This document shows positions 47,064-56,663 of a stretch of DNA of 64,000 nt, piece by piece; position 1 is the stretch's first letter; every line of letters begins with the position of its first letter. The translations under genes and the position numbers were made by a program. This stretch comes from a virus (lineage: Duplodnaviria; Caudoviricetes). The notes beneath the pieces are model-generated. The model did not search any database. It was given only the letters and a program-made list of their open reading frames with translations, and had not been told where the DNA came from. The stretch lies in the IMG/VR virus record IMGVR_UViG_2846856033_000001, positions 22,286 through 86,285 of that record; one strand, 5' to 3'.

Positions 47064-47396
47064 ATGAGTTTTGGTAAGATGAACACCTTCATCGACATCG
47101 TTGAGAAAGTGACCATAAAAGATGCAGAAGGATTCCGAACCGAGGTTGACAGTATCGTCGCTTCGGTTAGAGCGTACCGGGAAGGTCGGCACGGCACCGA
47201 GAAATGGGCTAACAGAGCCGCTTTCTCTGAAGCCACCGACCTTTTCTGCTTTCGTTGTATTCCGGGCGTTACGGTCACGACCGCAATGGTCGTGGTGAAC
47301 GACGGGGCGCGCTTTGAAATCATCTCGGTCGAGAATGTAAAAGGTCGCGGGATGTACATTGAGGTACTCGCCAAGGAGGTGAAGCCGAGTGGCTAA
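47064..47396 (+). CDS. Head closure / head-tail adaptor
   Basis: MSFGKMNTFI; synteny. Confidence 0.8.
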   Translation: MSFGKMNTFIDIVEKVTIKDAEGFRTEVDSIVASVRAYREGRHGTEKWANRAAFSEATDLFCFRCIPGVTVTTAMVVVNDGARFEIISVENVKGRGMYIEVLAKEVKPSG

Positions 47397-47820
47397 AGTG
47401 GGTATGAAAATGCCGGAGGACTTTCTTCTGAAGCTTTCACGGCTTGGTGAAAAAACGGATGAAATTATCCCAAAGGTTCTTGAAGCGGGCGGCGAGGTCG
47501 TTCAAGCAAAAGTAAAATCCAACCTGCAAGCCGTCATCGGCAGCGGCACTAAGGATGAAAGCCGCTCTACAGGTGAATTGGTTTCAGCGCTCGGCGTTTC
47601 CTCCGCAAGACAGGATAAGGACGGGAATTTCAATGTAAAAGTAGGCTTTTCAGAACCTCGTTCTGACGGCAAAAGCAACGCCATGATTGCGGGGGTACTG
47701 GAATACGGTAAAAGCGGACAGCCGCCGAAGCCCTTTCTAAAGCCCGCAAAATCAGCAAGCAAAAACGCCTGTGTTGACGCAATGATCGCGGCATTTGAGA
47801 AGGAGGTCGAAAACATATGA
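47389..47820 (+). CDS. HK97 gp10-like tail completion protein
   Basis: STGEL, LEYG...PKPFLKPA. Confidence 0.85.
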   Translation: MAKVGMKMPEDFLLKLSRLGEKTDEIIPKVLEAGGEVVQAKVKSNLQAVIGSGTKDESRSTGELVSALGVSSARQDKDGNFNVKVGFSEPRSDGKSNAMIAGVLEYGKSGQPPKPFLKPAKSASKNACVDAMIAAFEKEVENI

Positions 47821-48155
47821 GCCTGCTGGAAGAACTGAACACCCTCCTCTCGCCGCTTGTCCCCGTTGAGACAGGTGTGTTTTCAAAATCCGCCCCGGAC
47901 AGATATGTTGTGATTACGCCGCTGGCGGATACTTTTGAACTGTATTCCGACGACAGTCCCCGGAACGAATCACAGGAAGCCCGGCTGTCTCTTTTTGATA
48001 AGGGCAGCTACACATCTGTAAAAAATCATATTGTCCGCGCTCTGCTGAGCGCGGAATTCATCATAACAGACCGCCGGTATGTAGGACATGAGGACGATAC
48101 CGGCTATCACCACTACGCCATCGATGTGGCGAAAATTTACGAACTGGAGGAATAA
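47817..48155 (+). CDS. Tail terminator protein
   Basis: EDDTGYHHYAIDV; synteny. Confidence 0.75.
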   Translation: MSLLEELNTLLSPLVPVETGVFSKSAPDRYVVITPLADTFELYSDDSPRNESQEARLSLFDKGSYTSVKNHIVRALLSAEFIITDRRYVGHEDDTGYHHYAIDVAKIYELEE

Positions 48156-48158
48156 CAT

Positions 48159-48761
48159 ATGGCGACAATCGGACTTGATAAGCTGTTCTACTCTAAAATC
48201 ACAGAGGCAACGGACGGCACCGAAACTTACGGCACTCCCATTTCTCTCGCCAAGGCGATGAAAGCGGATCTGTCGGTCGAGCTTGCGGAGGCGACGCTCT
48301 ACGCGGATGACGGACCCGCCGAGGTCGTGAAGGAATTTAAGAGCGGCACTCTCTCGCTGGGCATCGACGATATCGGCGTTGCGGCCGCCGAGGATCTGAC
48401 CGGCGCAAAGCTTGACGACAATCACGTCGTGGTCTCCGGCAGCGAGGACGGCGGCACTCCCGTCGCGGTAGGCTTCCGTGCAAAAAAAGCAAACGGAAAG
48501 TACCGCTATTTCTGGCTGTACCGGTTAAAATTTGGCATTCCGGCGACAAACCTCGCCACAAAGGGCGACAGCATCACCTTCTCCACCCCGACCATCGAGG
48601 GTACGGTCTTCCGCCGCAACAAGCTGGATGGGAACGGCAAGCATCCGTGGAAAGCCGAAGTGAATGAGGACGATACGAGCGTTCCGGCTTCCGTTATCAC
48701 CGGCTGGTACGCGCAGGTCTACGAGCCTGTGTTCACAGCGCAGGCTGGAGGTGAAGGTTAA
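48159..48761 (+). CDS. Major tail protein (phi13 family)
   Basis: MATIGLDKL, LYADDG, VAVGFR, TKGDSITF. Confidence 0.9.
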   Translation: MATIGLDKLFYSKITEATDGTETYGTPISLAKAMKADLSVELAEATLYADDGPAEVVKEFKSGTLSLGIDDIGVAAAEDLTGAKLDDNHVVVSGSEDGGTPVAVGFRAKKANGKYRYFWLYRLKFGIPATNLATKGDSITFSTPTIEGTVFRRNKLDGNGKHPWKAEVNEDDTSVPASVITGWYAQVYEPVFTAQAGGEG

Positions 48762-49147
48762 TGGCTGACGAAAGAAGCTCAAAAATTACCATCGGCGGCG
48801 CGGAGTATGAGATGCTTCTCACCACAAAAGCGACAAAGGAAATCGCGGGGCGCTACGGCGGACTTTCCAATCTCGGAGAGAAGCTGATGAAAAGCGAGAA
48901 TTTCGAGATGGCCCTCGATGAAATCGTATGGCTCATTACGCTGCTCGCCAATCAGTCGGTACTGGTACACAATCTGAAAAATCCCGTAAAAAAGCGCGAG
49001 CTGCTCACGGAAGAAGCCGTTGAACTGCTTACCTCGCCCTTTGAGCTTGCGGATTACAAAAATGCCATTATGGACGCAATGTATAAAGGTACGAAGCGTC
49101 ATGTGGAAAGTGAGGACGAACCCTCAAAAAACGCGGAGGTCGGGTAA
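48761..49147 (+). CDS. Tail assembly chaperone (gpG)
   Basis: After the major tail gene; ends near a slippery A-AAA-AAC. Confidence 0.8.
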   Translation: MADERSSKITIGGAEYEMLLTTKATKEIAGRYGGLSNLGEKLMKSENFEMALDEIVWLITLLANQSVLVHNLKNPVKKRELLTEEAVELLTSPFELADYKNAIMDAMYKGTKRHVESEDEPSKNAEVG

Positions 49148-49335
49148 GCGACGAAGAGTTGTTTGCCCGGCTGATTTTTTATGGAACGACCCTGCTCGGC
49201 CGGGCGGAGTCCGAAGTATGGCTGATGCCGATCGGACATCTGCTCGACCAGTGGGAGGTGTACAAGCAGTTTAACGGTTTGGTAAAGCCGAAACGAGAGT
49301 ATTACATCGACGAAATCATACCAAACGGCATCTAA
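49126..49335 (+). CDS. Tail chaperone -1 frameshift extension (gpT part)
   Basis: The -1 frame is open from the heptamer 49126-49132 to TAA 49335: RGGRVSDEELFARLIFYG...VWLMPIGHLLDQWE...IIPNGI. Confidence 0.8.
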   Translation, partial: KKRGGRVSDEELFARLIFYGTTLLGRAESEVWLMPIGHLLDQWEVYKQFNGLVKPKREYYIDEIIPNGI

Positions 49336-49410
49336 ACCGTCGTTGTAAAGTACACAATAACCCTCACAAATCAAGCATCACACCACTAAAAGAACAATAC
49401 ACCTTACGGA

Positions 49411-49440
49411 TTGACTTTTAGATAAAGTCAATGTCATAAT
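49411..49440 (+). promoter_or_regulatory. Moron sigma-70 promoter with overlapping palindrome
   Basis: TTGACT-N18-CATAAT; TTGACTTT-tagat-AAAGTCAA covers the -35. Confidence 0.6.
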
Positions 49441-49472
49441 ATTTTTAAGGTTATTTTGAGAGAGGTGCTGGT

Positions 49473-49652
49473 ATGATCGATTGGAACGGAAACGGCAAGA
49501 TTGATCCCGTGGATATCGGCATCTCCTTGTCGCTGATTGAAGAAGCAGAGAAACCTCATAAGAAAAAAGGCGGTGGATGCCTTTCTTCTGTGATTATTAT
49601 GCTCAGTGCAATTGGTTGCTTCATTTGGCTTGTAGGGAGTGTATTTATATGA
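49473..49652 (+). CDS. 59-aa membrane peptide with EF-hand/dockerin-like loop (not in the ORF track)
   Basis: GAGGTG RBS; MIDWNGNGKIDPVD...KKKGGGCLSSVIIMLSAIGCFIWLVGSVFI; ATGA overlap with the next gene. Confidence 0.65.
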   Translation: MIDWNGNGKIDPVDIGISLSLIEEAEKPHKKKGGGCLSSVIIMLSAIGCFIWLVGSVFI

Positions 49653-50251
49653 CAGTAAAAGAAGAGATCATGATAGCGGTAACTCAGTTCCCAGGTATCA
49701 CTGATACCGAACTGGAAAAGAGATACGGGCGAAGCCATCAAACGATTAACATAGCTTGTAGGGATCTTGTTCAAAAAGGACTTCTTGTCCGCCAGTCCAA
49801 TCCAGAGAAGTACGGTAATCTGGGCAACTACCCGACTGGAAAAGTTCCTGAAGTTGCAACGGTGACGAAGCCGGCAATCTCTGATGACCTTGATGAAGAT
49901 GCAGTAAAAGCACATATCAAGGATTGGCTTGAAAATCAAGGTTGGTCTGTTAAAATCGCTTGGGGGAAAAACCACGGGGTTGATATTGAAGCTACAAAAT
50001 CCGGAGATCGTTGGCTCATTGAAGCAAAAGGCCCCGGTTCCCGTCAAGCTATGCGACACAATTACTTTCTTGGAATTCTTGGCGAGACGTTACAACGCAT
50101 GGATGATGATAATGCGCGGTACAGCATTGCATTTCCGGATATGGCTGTTTACAGAGGGCTTTGGAATCGTTTGCCCATACTGGCAAAGCAGCGAACGAAG
50201 ATAGATATGCTACTTGTTGCCGAAAACGGAGACATATCTATTCTCAGATAA
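49649..50251 (+). CDS. Winged-HTH plus PD-(D/E)xK nuclease (moron)
   Basis: ITDTELE...HQTINIACRDL; E...GVDIEA...LIEAKG. Confidence 0.78.
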   Translation: MTVKEEIMIAVTQFPGITDTELEKRYGRSHQTINIACRDLVQKGLLVRQSNPEKYGNLGNYPTGKVPEVATVTKPAISDDLDEDAVKAHIKDWLENQGWSVKIAWGKNHGVDIEATKSGDRWLIEAKGPGSRQAMRHNYFLGILGETLQRMDDDNARYSIAFPDMAVYRGLWNRLPILAKQRTKIDMLLVAENGDISILR

Positions 50252-50274
50252 ATCTGATACCTACCTTCCTTTGA

Positions 50275-50303
50275 AAAAGGCACTCCGAAAGGGGTGTCTT
50301 TTT
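50275..50303 (+). terminator. Hairpin plus T-tract ending the moron
   Basis: AAAAGGCACTCC-GAAA-GGGGTGTCTTTTT. Confidence 0.65.
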
Positions 50304-50334
50304 CATGCCCATTTTTCGACGAGGAGGTGAGAAA

Positions 50335-52614
50335 ATGGCAGATAATTTTGGCCTAAAAATCGGTGTTGAGGGCGAAAAAGAGTTCAAGAAATCCCTTGCC
50401 GACATCAACCAGTCGTTCAAGGTTCTCGGCTCGGAAATGAAGCTGGTGGAATCGTCCTTTGACAAAAACGAAACCAGTGTCGAGTCGCTCACCTCCAAAA
50501 ATGAGGTTCTGACCAAACAGATCGACGCCCAGAAAGATAAAATCGAAACGCTCCGCAAGGCGCTGGAAAACGCCTCCGACTCCTTTGGCGAGAACGACCG
50601 CCGCACCCAGCAGTGGGCGGTGCAGCTGAATAACGCGCAGGCCGAACTCAACGGCATGGAGCGCGAGCTGAAGGACAACGAAAAGGCTCTGGACGATGTG
50701 GCTGACAATTTTGACGATGCCGAGAAGCAAGCCGACCAATTCGGAGACGAGCTTGACAAAACGGGCAAAGATGCAGATTCAGCCGGTAGCAAGTTTGAAA
50801 AGCTCGGTTCCGTGGTTAAAGGAATCGGCGCGGCTATGGGCGTGGCTTTCGCCGCTATCGGCACCGCTGCAGTCAGCGCGGGTAAAGCTCTGGTCGATAT
50901 GACCGTGGAAGCCGCCGCATACGCGGATGAAATGCTGACACAAAGCACTGTTACGGGTATGTCCGTGGAAAGTCTGCAGGCGTACTCCTACGCCGCCGAT
51001 CTGGTGGATGTTTCTTTGGATACGCTCACAGGCTCTATGGCGAAGAACGTCAAGTCGATGTCGAGCGCAGCGGACGGCTCCGCAAAATATGCCGACGCAT
51101 ACGCGCGACTTGGCGTATCGGTTACCGATGCCAACGGCAATCTCCGCGACAGCGAGGACGTTTACTGGGAGGTCATCGACGCGCTCGGCGGGGTCTCCAA
51201 CGAAACAGAGCGTGACGCTCTCGCCATGCAGCTTTTCGGCAAGAGCGCGCAGGACTTGAATCCACTCATCGCCCAAGGCAGCGAGGGCATCGCCGCGCTA
51301 ACCGATGAAGCGAAACGCATGGGCGCTGTTCTAAGCGAAGAGAGCATCGAAAAACTCGGTGCCTTCGATGATTCCGTTCAGCGGCTGAAGCAAGGCTCGG
51401 AAGCTGCCAAGCGCGTCATGGGTACGGTACTCCTTCCGCAGCTTCAGACGCTTGCGGATGAGGGAACCGCCCTGCTCGGCGACTTCACCTCCGGCTTGGT
51501 GGACGCCGGGGACGACTTCGGAAAAATCAGCGAGGTCATCGGCAATACGGTCGGCGGGCTTGCCGACATGATCATGGAACACTTGCCGAAAATCATTCAG
51601 GTCGGCATGGACATCGTCATGGCAATCGTAAACGCAATTGTTGAGAATCTGCCGACCATCGTGGAGTGTGCTTCCTCTATCGTCATGACGCTGCTCGAAG
51701 GGTTGATTGACGCGCTGCCCGCCATTACGGAAGGCGCTCTGCAGCTTGTCCTTACACTGGTTCAAGGCATCATCGACAATCTGCCCGCTATTATAGAAGC
51801 CGCTATTCAGATGATCGTGACTCTGGCGATGGGTATCGCGGACGCGCTGCCGGAACTGATTCCTTCTATTGTTGAGGCAATCCTCCTGATTGTTCAGGTA
51901 CTTCTCGACAATATGGATAAAATTCTCGAAGCCGCCTTCGCCATTATAAAAGGACTGGCGGAGGGCTTGCTGAACGCTCTGCCTGAACTGATAGACGCTC
52001 TGCCCGAAATCATAACGACCATTATCGATTTCATCACGGACAACCTTCCTGAAATTATTGAAATGGGCATCGAGCTTACCGTTCAGCTTGCAGTCGGGCT
52101 GATTAAAGCCATACCGCAGCTTGTGGCGAAACTGCCGGAAATCATCGCGGCCATCGTTACCGGCCTTGGAAAAGCGGTCGGCGCTGTGTTTGAAATCGGC
52201 AAGAACATCGTGACGGGTCTATGGGAAGGCATCAAGTCCCTCGGCTCGTGGATCAGCGACAATGTTTCCGATTTCTTTTCCGGCATTGTTGACGGTGCAA
52301 AAAGTCTGCTGGGTATCAACTCACCGTCTAAGGTGTTTGCCGGAATTGGTGAAAACATGGGCCTTGGTATCGGCGAAGGCTTCACCGACGCGATGAAGGG
52401 TGTTGAAAAAGACATTACAGACGCGATCCCCACCGACTTTGACCTTGATATGAATACCGGCATCCATAAAGTGATGAACGACACCTCTCTTGAAGTGAAG
52501 AAAACTGTAGAGCATACAGGAGTTATCCGCGTGGAGGGTGTCAATTCCACAGGTGAAATGACCTCGGTCGTGGACATCATTATCGACAGGCTCAGACAGG
52601 AGGTGCGCGTATGA
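50335..52614 (+). CDS. Tape measure protein
   Basis: MADNFGLKIGVEGE, coiled coil, amphipathic repeats, GINSPSKVF. Confidence 0.92.
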   Translation: MADNFGLKIGVEGEKEFKKSLADINQSFKVLGSEMKLVESSFDKNETSVESLTSKNEVLTKQIDAQKDKIETLRKALENASDSFGENDRRTQQWAVQLNNAQAELNGMERELKDNEKALDDVADNFDDAEKQADQFGDELDKTGKDADSAGSKFEKLGSVVKGIGAAMGVAFAAIGTAAVSAGKALVDMTVEAAAYADEMLTQSTVTGMSVESLQAYSYAADLVDVSLDTLTGSMAKNVKSMSSAADGSAKYADAYARLGVSVTDANGNLRDSEDVYWEVIDALGGVSNETERDALAMQLFGKSAQDLNPLIAQGSEGIAALTDEAKRMGAVLSEESIEKLGAFDDSVQRLKQGSEAAKRVMGTVLLPQLQTLADEGTALLGDFTSGLVDAGDDFGKISEVIGNTVGGLADMIMEHLPKIIQVGMDIVMAIVNAIVENLPTIVECASSIVMTLLEGLIDALPAITEGALQLVLTLVQGIIDNLPAIIEAAIQMIVTLAMGIADALPELIPSIVEAILLIVQVLLDNMDKILEAAFAIIKGLAEGLLNALPELIDALPEIITTIIDFITDNLPEIIEMGIELTVQLAVGLIKAIPQLVAKLPEIIAAIVTGLGKAVGAVFEIGKNIVTGLWEGIKSLGSWISDNVSDFFSGIVDGAKSLLGINSPSKVFAGIGENMGLGIGEGFTDAMKGVEKDITDAIPTDFDLDMNTGIHKVMNDTSLEVKKTVEHTGVIRVEGVNSTGEMTSVVDIIIDRLRQEVRV

Positions 52615-52958
52615 GTTATCTGGAAAATACAGAAACGGCTGAAATCATCACGCGCTTTGTCAGCTTCCAAAAAACGCAGGAGGTCATCCGCACGGTGCAG
52701 ACTGCCCTTGACGGGACGGAATATCTGACTCGTTTCGGTTCGCCGACCGTACATTATGAACTAACGCTCTATGTTAATGAAGCCGGGAAAGCCGCGCTGA
52801 TGACAGCCGAGGACAGCGTTCCGATGCTTGAATGCTCTGTAAAACAGGGAGTTTTCACCGGGAGAATTGTTGAGCTTGGCTCCTTTGATTATCAGGCATC
52901 GGGCTGGTATAAGGTCACAGCCACTCTTGCGGCGGTAAGCGAGGTGAGCGACCCATGA
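52611..52958 (+). CDS. Distal tail protein-like
   Basis: Directly after the tape measure gene; TALDGT motif. Confidence 0.6.
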   Translation: MSYLENTETAEIITRFVSFQKTQEVIRTVQTALDGTEYLTRFGSPTVHYELTLYVNEAGKAALMTAEDSVPMLECSVKQGVFTGRIVELGSFDYQASGWYKVTATLAAVSEVSDP

Positions 52959-54358
52959 GAAGTATACCGACAGCGCTGAAAGAAAAACTCGCTAACCGTT
53001 TTAAGGTGGAAAACACGGACAGCATGGCAACGCTCCGTGTGGTAGCCACACAGACCTCCGTCAACTCGCTGCTCTCCGAGCCGATTCACGAAGATATCGC
53101 TCCCGCATTCGGCGATGTAGCCGTGCGCCAGACAGCCGGAGAATCTGATTTATCTCTTGCATATGCTATCTGTTTGGACGAGGGCATATCGAATGTGTAT
53201 AAACGGAAGTTTCCGGCTGGCATGGAGTATCCGTGGGAGTACCAGTGGACGCTCGGCGCAGCGACGGATGTGGCGATTGAATTTAACGGTGTATGGAAAA
53301 TGAACACCGAAAAGGAATGGTATTACCTACAAACCGAGGAATACCCCTATGTTTTTTATGTGCGGGACGGAAACCTCTATGTTCAGGCCTGGCGTGACAG
53401 TGATAATGCCGCGCTTCTCGCATCTGGCGTTTCGCAGATATCCGCCTGCAAAGGCTGGCAGTCCAGTGTGGAATCGGACCTTGACCAGGGATTGATCATC
53501 GGCTACCTCAAAAGCGGCTCGGTATATTACCGTGCGCTCTGCTGTCAGGAAAACGGCTCCTATGTCTGGGAAGCGGAGCATGAAGTAACCGCGCTTGGCA
53601 CGGGCAACACGACGCTGTCGGTTATCCGTACCAACGATTTCCGCATCGGGTTCCTGACGCATAACAACGGCCGGATGCTGCTGACGCTGACACACCGGAA
53701 CTACGCCGGAATGAGCGTCCGACCGGAAACGGTCCATATCAACGCTTCAAACGTAAAGATGTGGCTTTCTGATATAACCGAACTGGACACGCTGAACAAG
53801 GAGTACGCATCCGGGAATACGGCCTATCCCCATGTTCTGCTGGATAAGCCGGACACCGAAGAAATCTCCGTGGCCTCGGTGGAGAAGCTGAACCGCGAGA
53901 CAGGTTTCGTTTGCTACGGCTTCAAGATTCATCTCACAAAGCCTTTATACGGAAGCGTTGACGCGGGATTCCCGGTGAAATGCGCCCTGTCTGTTTCCGG
54001 TGTGACCATCGCCTCCGCTTCCTATGACAGCGAGGAGCAGGCTCTTGTTCTTTATACGAGCGCAGATATCCGCAGGACGGTAGCCGTGACTATCACCATG
54101 CCGGAATACCGCTCGCTCTGGTATTACAAACTTGGTTTGCAAAGATGGTTTCTACCTGCTCTGAGTGCTGTCGCCGCCGCAGAAACAGTGGACTACTTCA
54201 CTTATGAAAACGAAACGGCTGTCATATCCACGATTTCAGCCGAAGCTTGGATTGACGAGACAGTATTTATTGATTGTTACCAGCCCGCGCATACGGCTGT
54301 TATTACGGTTATAGCTTCGTCTGTCAGCCTGCAGCCTGTTTCCACATTACCGATTTAG
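52955..54358 (+). CDS. Minor tail / baseplate protein
   Basis: 467 aa, beta-rich; tail module synteny. Confidence 0.65.
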   Translation: MRSIPTALKEKLANRFKVENTDSMATLRVVATQTSVNSLLSEPIHEDIAPAFGDVAVRQTAGESDLSLAYAICLDEGISNVYKRKFPAGMEYPWEYQWTLGAATDVAIEFNGVWKMNTEKEWYYLQTEEYPYVFYVRDGNLYVQAWRDSDNAALLASGVSQISACKGWQSSVESDLDQGLIIGYLKSGSVYYRALCCQENGSYVWEAEHEVTALGTGNTTLSVIRTNDFRIGFLTHNNGRMLLTLTHRNYAGMSVRPETVHINASNVKMWLSDITELDTLNKEYASGNTAYPHVLLDKPDTEEISVASVEKLNRETGFVCYGFKIHLTKPLYGSVDAGFPVKCALSVSGVTIASASYDSEEQALVLYTSADIRRTVAVTITMPEYRSLWYYKLGLQRWFLPALSAVAAAETVDYFTYENETAVISTISAEAWIDETVFIDCYQPAHTAVITVIASSVSLQPVSTLPI

Positions 54359-54370
54359 GAGGTTTTCAAA

Positions 54371-56659
54371 ATGAAGATACAAGAACGAGCCGTTCTGCAT
54401 AACCGGTTTGATGTCAAAGTGGTCGACGCCGCAAGCGGCAGGGTCAAGCAGACGGCGATCGGATTCAACGTCATTACGAACTACTATTTTAACAGCAGGC
54501 TGACGGCTTCTCCGCTTAGTAAAACGACAGACCTGTTCAGATACATCGCGGTCGGTACCGGAACGGGGACGCCCGCCGTTACGGATACTGCCCTTTTTTC
54601 GCATCTGACGCGCAAAGCTGTAACGACGCTGGAGACGGTTTATGAATATCCAACTTCGCATACTACAAAGCAAATAAAGCTGGAAGCGACGGAATGCAAT
54701 GGCTCCACCATTACCGAGGTGGCTCTCGAAGGTTATTACAGTGGCACCTTTTCTACTACTTATTACATCATGTCCCACGCCATGCTGCAGGACTCCGAAG
54801 GAAACCAAATTGCCATCGCCAAGACCGATACGGACGTGGTGTATATAACCGCGACATTCTACGCGACCTGTACGCCATCGGGCTTCGGCACAAACGGAAT
54901 TTATCCCACGGCTGAGAACAATTATCTGTTCCAATGGCTGCTTACTGGAAATACAGACGGGTATGTGCGCTTTTCCCGCTTCCCGGTAGAGTACTCCTCG
55001 GATATGAACGTGAAGTATCACGGGAGTAAAAGCTATTCCTTCAGCGGCGGTACCGGCAATACAACTACCTACCAGTACGACCTGCCCGTCACCACGTTCC
55101 TTGACAGCGAGTGCAACAACCGCATCGTCAAGCACCTCGGTGTCGCCGGGGTCGGCGCGTTCACCTTTCCGAACCATGACGTATTCCCGCCCTATGCGGT
55201 CGACCATCTTGTCATCGGCGAAGGAGATGGAACGACAACCGAGTTCAGTATGAAGTGCCCGCTGATACAGTCCGGGACCGTCCGTATTTTTGTAAACGAT
55301 ACGGAAATGACAGAAGGCACGGACTATACGGTGGATTTGGAGAACAACTGCGGTGACTGGTATGAAAACTACCATACGGCGGCGATGACCTGCAAAAGCG
55401 CCGGAGTATCCTTTGGAGACCTCGCTTCAAAAACGTCATACACAGGTCGTAACTATCGAGATCCCATAGCTTGGTGGGATTGTTATGATGATACGATGTA
55501 TCCATCTTCCTGCACAGTAAACGATGTGAATCCAATTAAAATAGACTTTGGTTCGGCAAAGTCCTGCAACACACTGAAGATTGATATTCTGACCGTCCCG
55601 ACCGCAAGGCTCGATACGCTTAAAATACAATACTCAGACAACGATACTGACTGGACGGACGTATCGGGGCTTTCGAGGTCAAGTCAGGTTTGGAAATTCA
55701 CAGAGGTTTCGGCGCGGTATTGGAGAGCGTTTTTAAGCGGCGAAGGAAACGCCACTGTCGTCGTCACATCAAGCGGCATGACAGGCTCGCCGATCACCCT
55801 TTCCGTGCCTGTGGCCTCATCGGATACGGCGAGCATTGTGGCGGGCAAGATAAAAACAGCCCTTGAAAACAATGCGAATATTTCAGCTTTATATGATGCG
55901 TCGGTCTCAGGTGCGGATGTGGTCTTAACAGCAAAAACGCCGGTGGCGAATGTTTCAAACTTGAATATTGCCCTGTCAAACGGTACCTGTGCGGGATTGA
56001 CTACCGTTTCAAACTCGACCAATACGACAGCCGGAGTGGCCGCTGTAAAGCAGCAGGAAAATATCTATGTTACCGGAACCATCGGGACTGCGGGAAACGC
56101 AACGGTTGTGGTAACGGCTGCTGGAATGGCAAACTCGCCGATCACCATTTCTGTGCCGGTTACAAGCGGCGATTCGGCGACGACCGTCGCAACAAAAGTA
56201 AACGCCGCGCTCGCGCTGAGTTCCGACATTACCGACTTCTTCACAATCAGTCCAGATAACGGCAGATATGTCCGGCTGACCGCAAAAACAGCAGCGGATA
56301 ATGATCCTACCCTGAATATCAGCATTGCAAACGATACCTGCACCGGATTAACCGCTATACCAACATCCACCGTTGACGCCGCAGGCAATGCGGGAACAAA
56401 ACAAGTGGAGACCTTAACCGTATCGGGCAGTGTCAGCTACAGCTGGACTTACAGCTTGTATTACCAGAGTTTCCCGACAAGGGACGGTCAGAGTTTCGGC
56501 CCAACCTTCTTTTTGGGTAAGACCGTGCCGGGGCTGAAGTTCACAATACCGCCTGCCGACGGCGCGGCGATTACAGCCAGCTTTGCGCTTGAATATCCGT
56601 TCAAGACCGAGAACAATCTGTTGCGCTTCACCTACTCGGTTCAGCTGCAAAGAGGGTGA
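54371..56659 (+). CDS. Tail fibre / receptor-binding protein with discoidin-like segment and internal tandem repeat
   Basis: IAVGTGTG...DTAL fibre N-terminus, GDGTTTEF, IQYSDNDTDWT...ARYWR, two ~116-aa repeats. Confidence 0.75.
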   Translation: MKIQERAVLHNRFDVKVVDAASGRVKQTAIGFNVITNYYFNSRLTASPLSKTTDLFRYIAVGTGTGTPAVTDTALFSHLTRKAVTTLETVYEYPTSHTTKQIKLEATECNGSTITEVALEGYYSGTFSTTYYIMSHAMLQDSEGNQIAIAKTDTDVVYITATFYATCTPSGFGTNGIYPTAENNYLFQWLLTGNTDGYVRFSRFPVEYSSDMNVKYHGSKSYSFSGGTGNTTTYQYDLPVTTFLDSECNNRIVKHLGVAGVGAFTFPNHDVFPPYAVDHLVIGEGDGTTTEFSMKCPLIQSGTVRIFVNDTEMTEGTDYTVDLENNCGDWYENYHTAAMTCKSAGVSFGDLASKTSYTGRNYRDPIAWWDCYDDTMYPSSCTVNDVNPIKIDFGSAKSCNTLKIDILTVPTARLDTLKIQYSDNDTDWTDVSGLSRSSQVWKFTEVSARYWRAFLSGEGNATVVVTSSGMTGSPITLSVPVASSDTASIVAGKIKTALENNANISALYDASVSGADVVLTAKTPVANVSNLNIALSNGTCAGLTTVSNSTNTTAGVAAVKQQENIYVTGTIGTAGNATVVVTAAGMANSPITISVPVTSGDSATTVATKVNAALALSSDITDFFTISPDNGRYVRLTAKTAADNDPTLNISIANDTCTGLTAIPTSTVDAAGNAGTKQVETLTVSGSVSYSWTYSLYYQSFPTRDGQSFGPTFFLGKTVPGLKFTIPPADGAAITASFALEYPFKTENNLLRFTYSVQLQRG

Positions 56660-56663
56660 CGCG

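Noticed and set aside
54371-56659. Diversity-generating retroelement acting on the tail fibre
   Set aside because: No reverse transcriptase in the window; the repeats are in-frame protein duplications, not an adenine-specific TR/VR pair.
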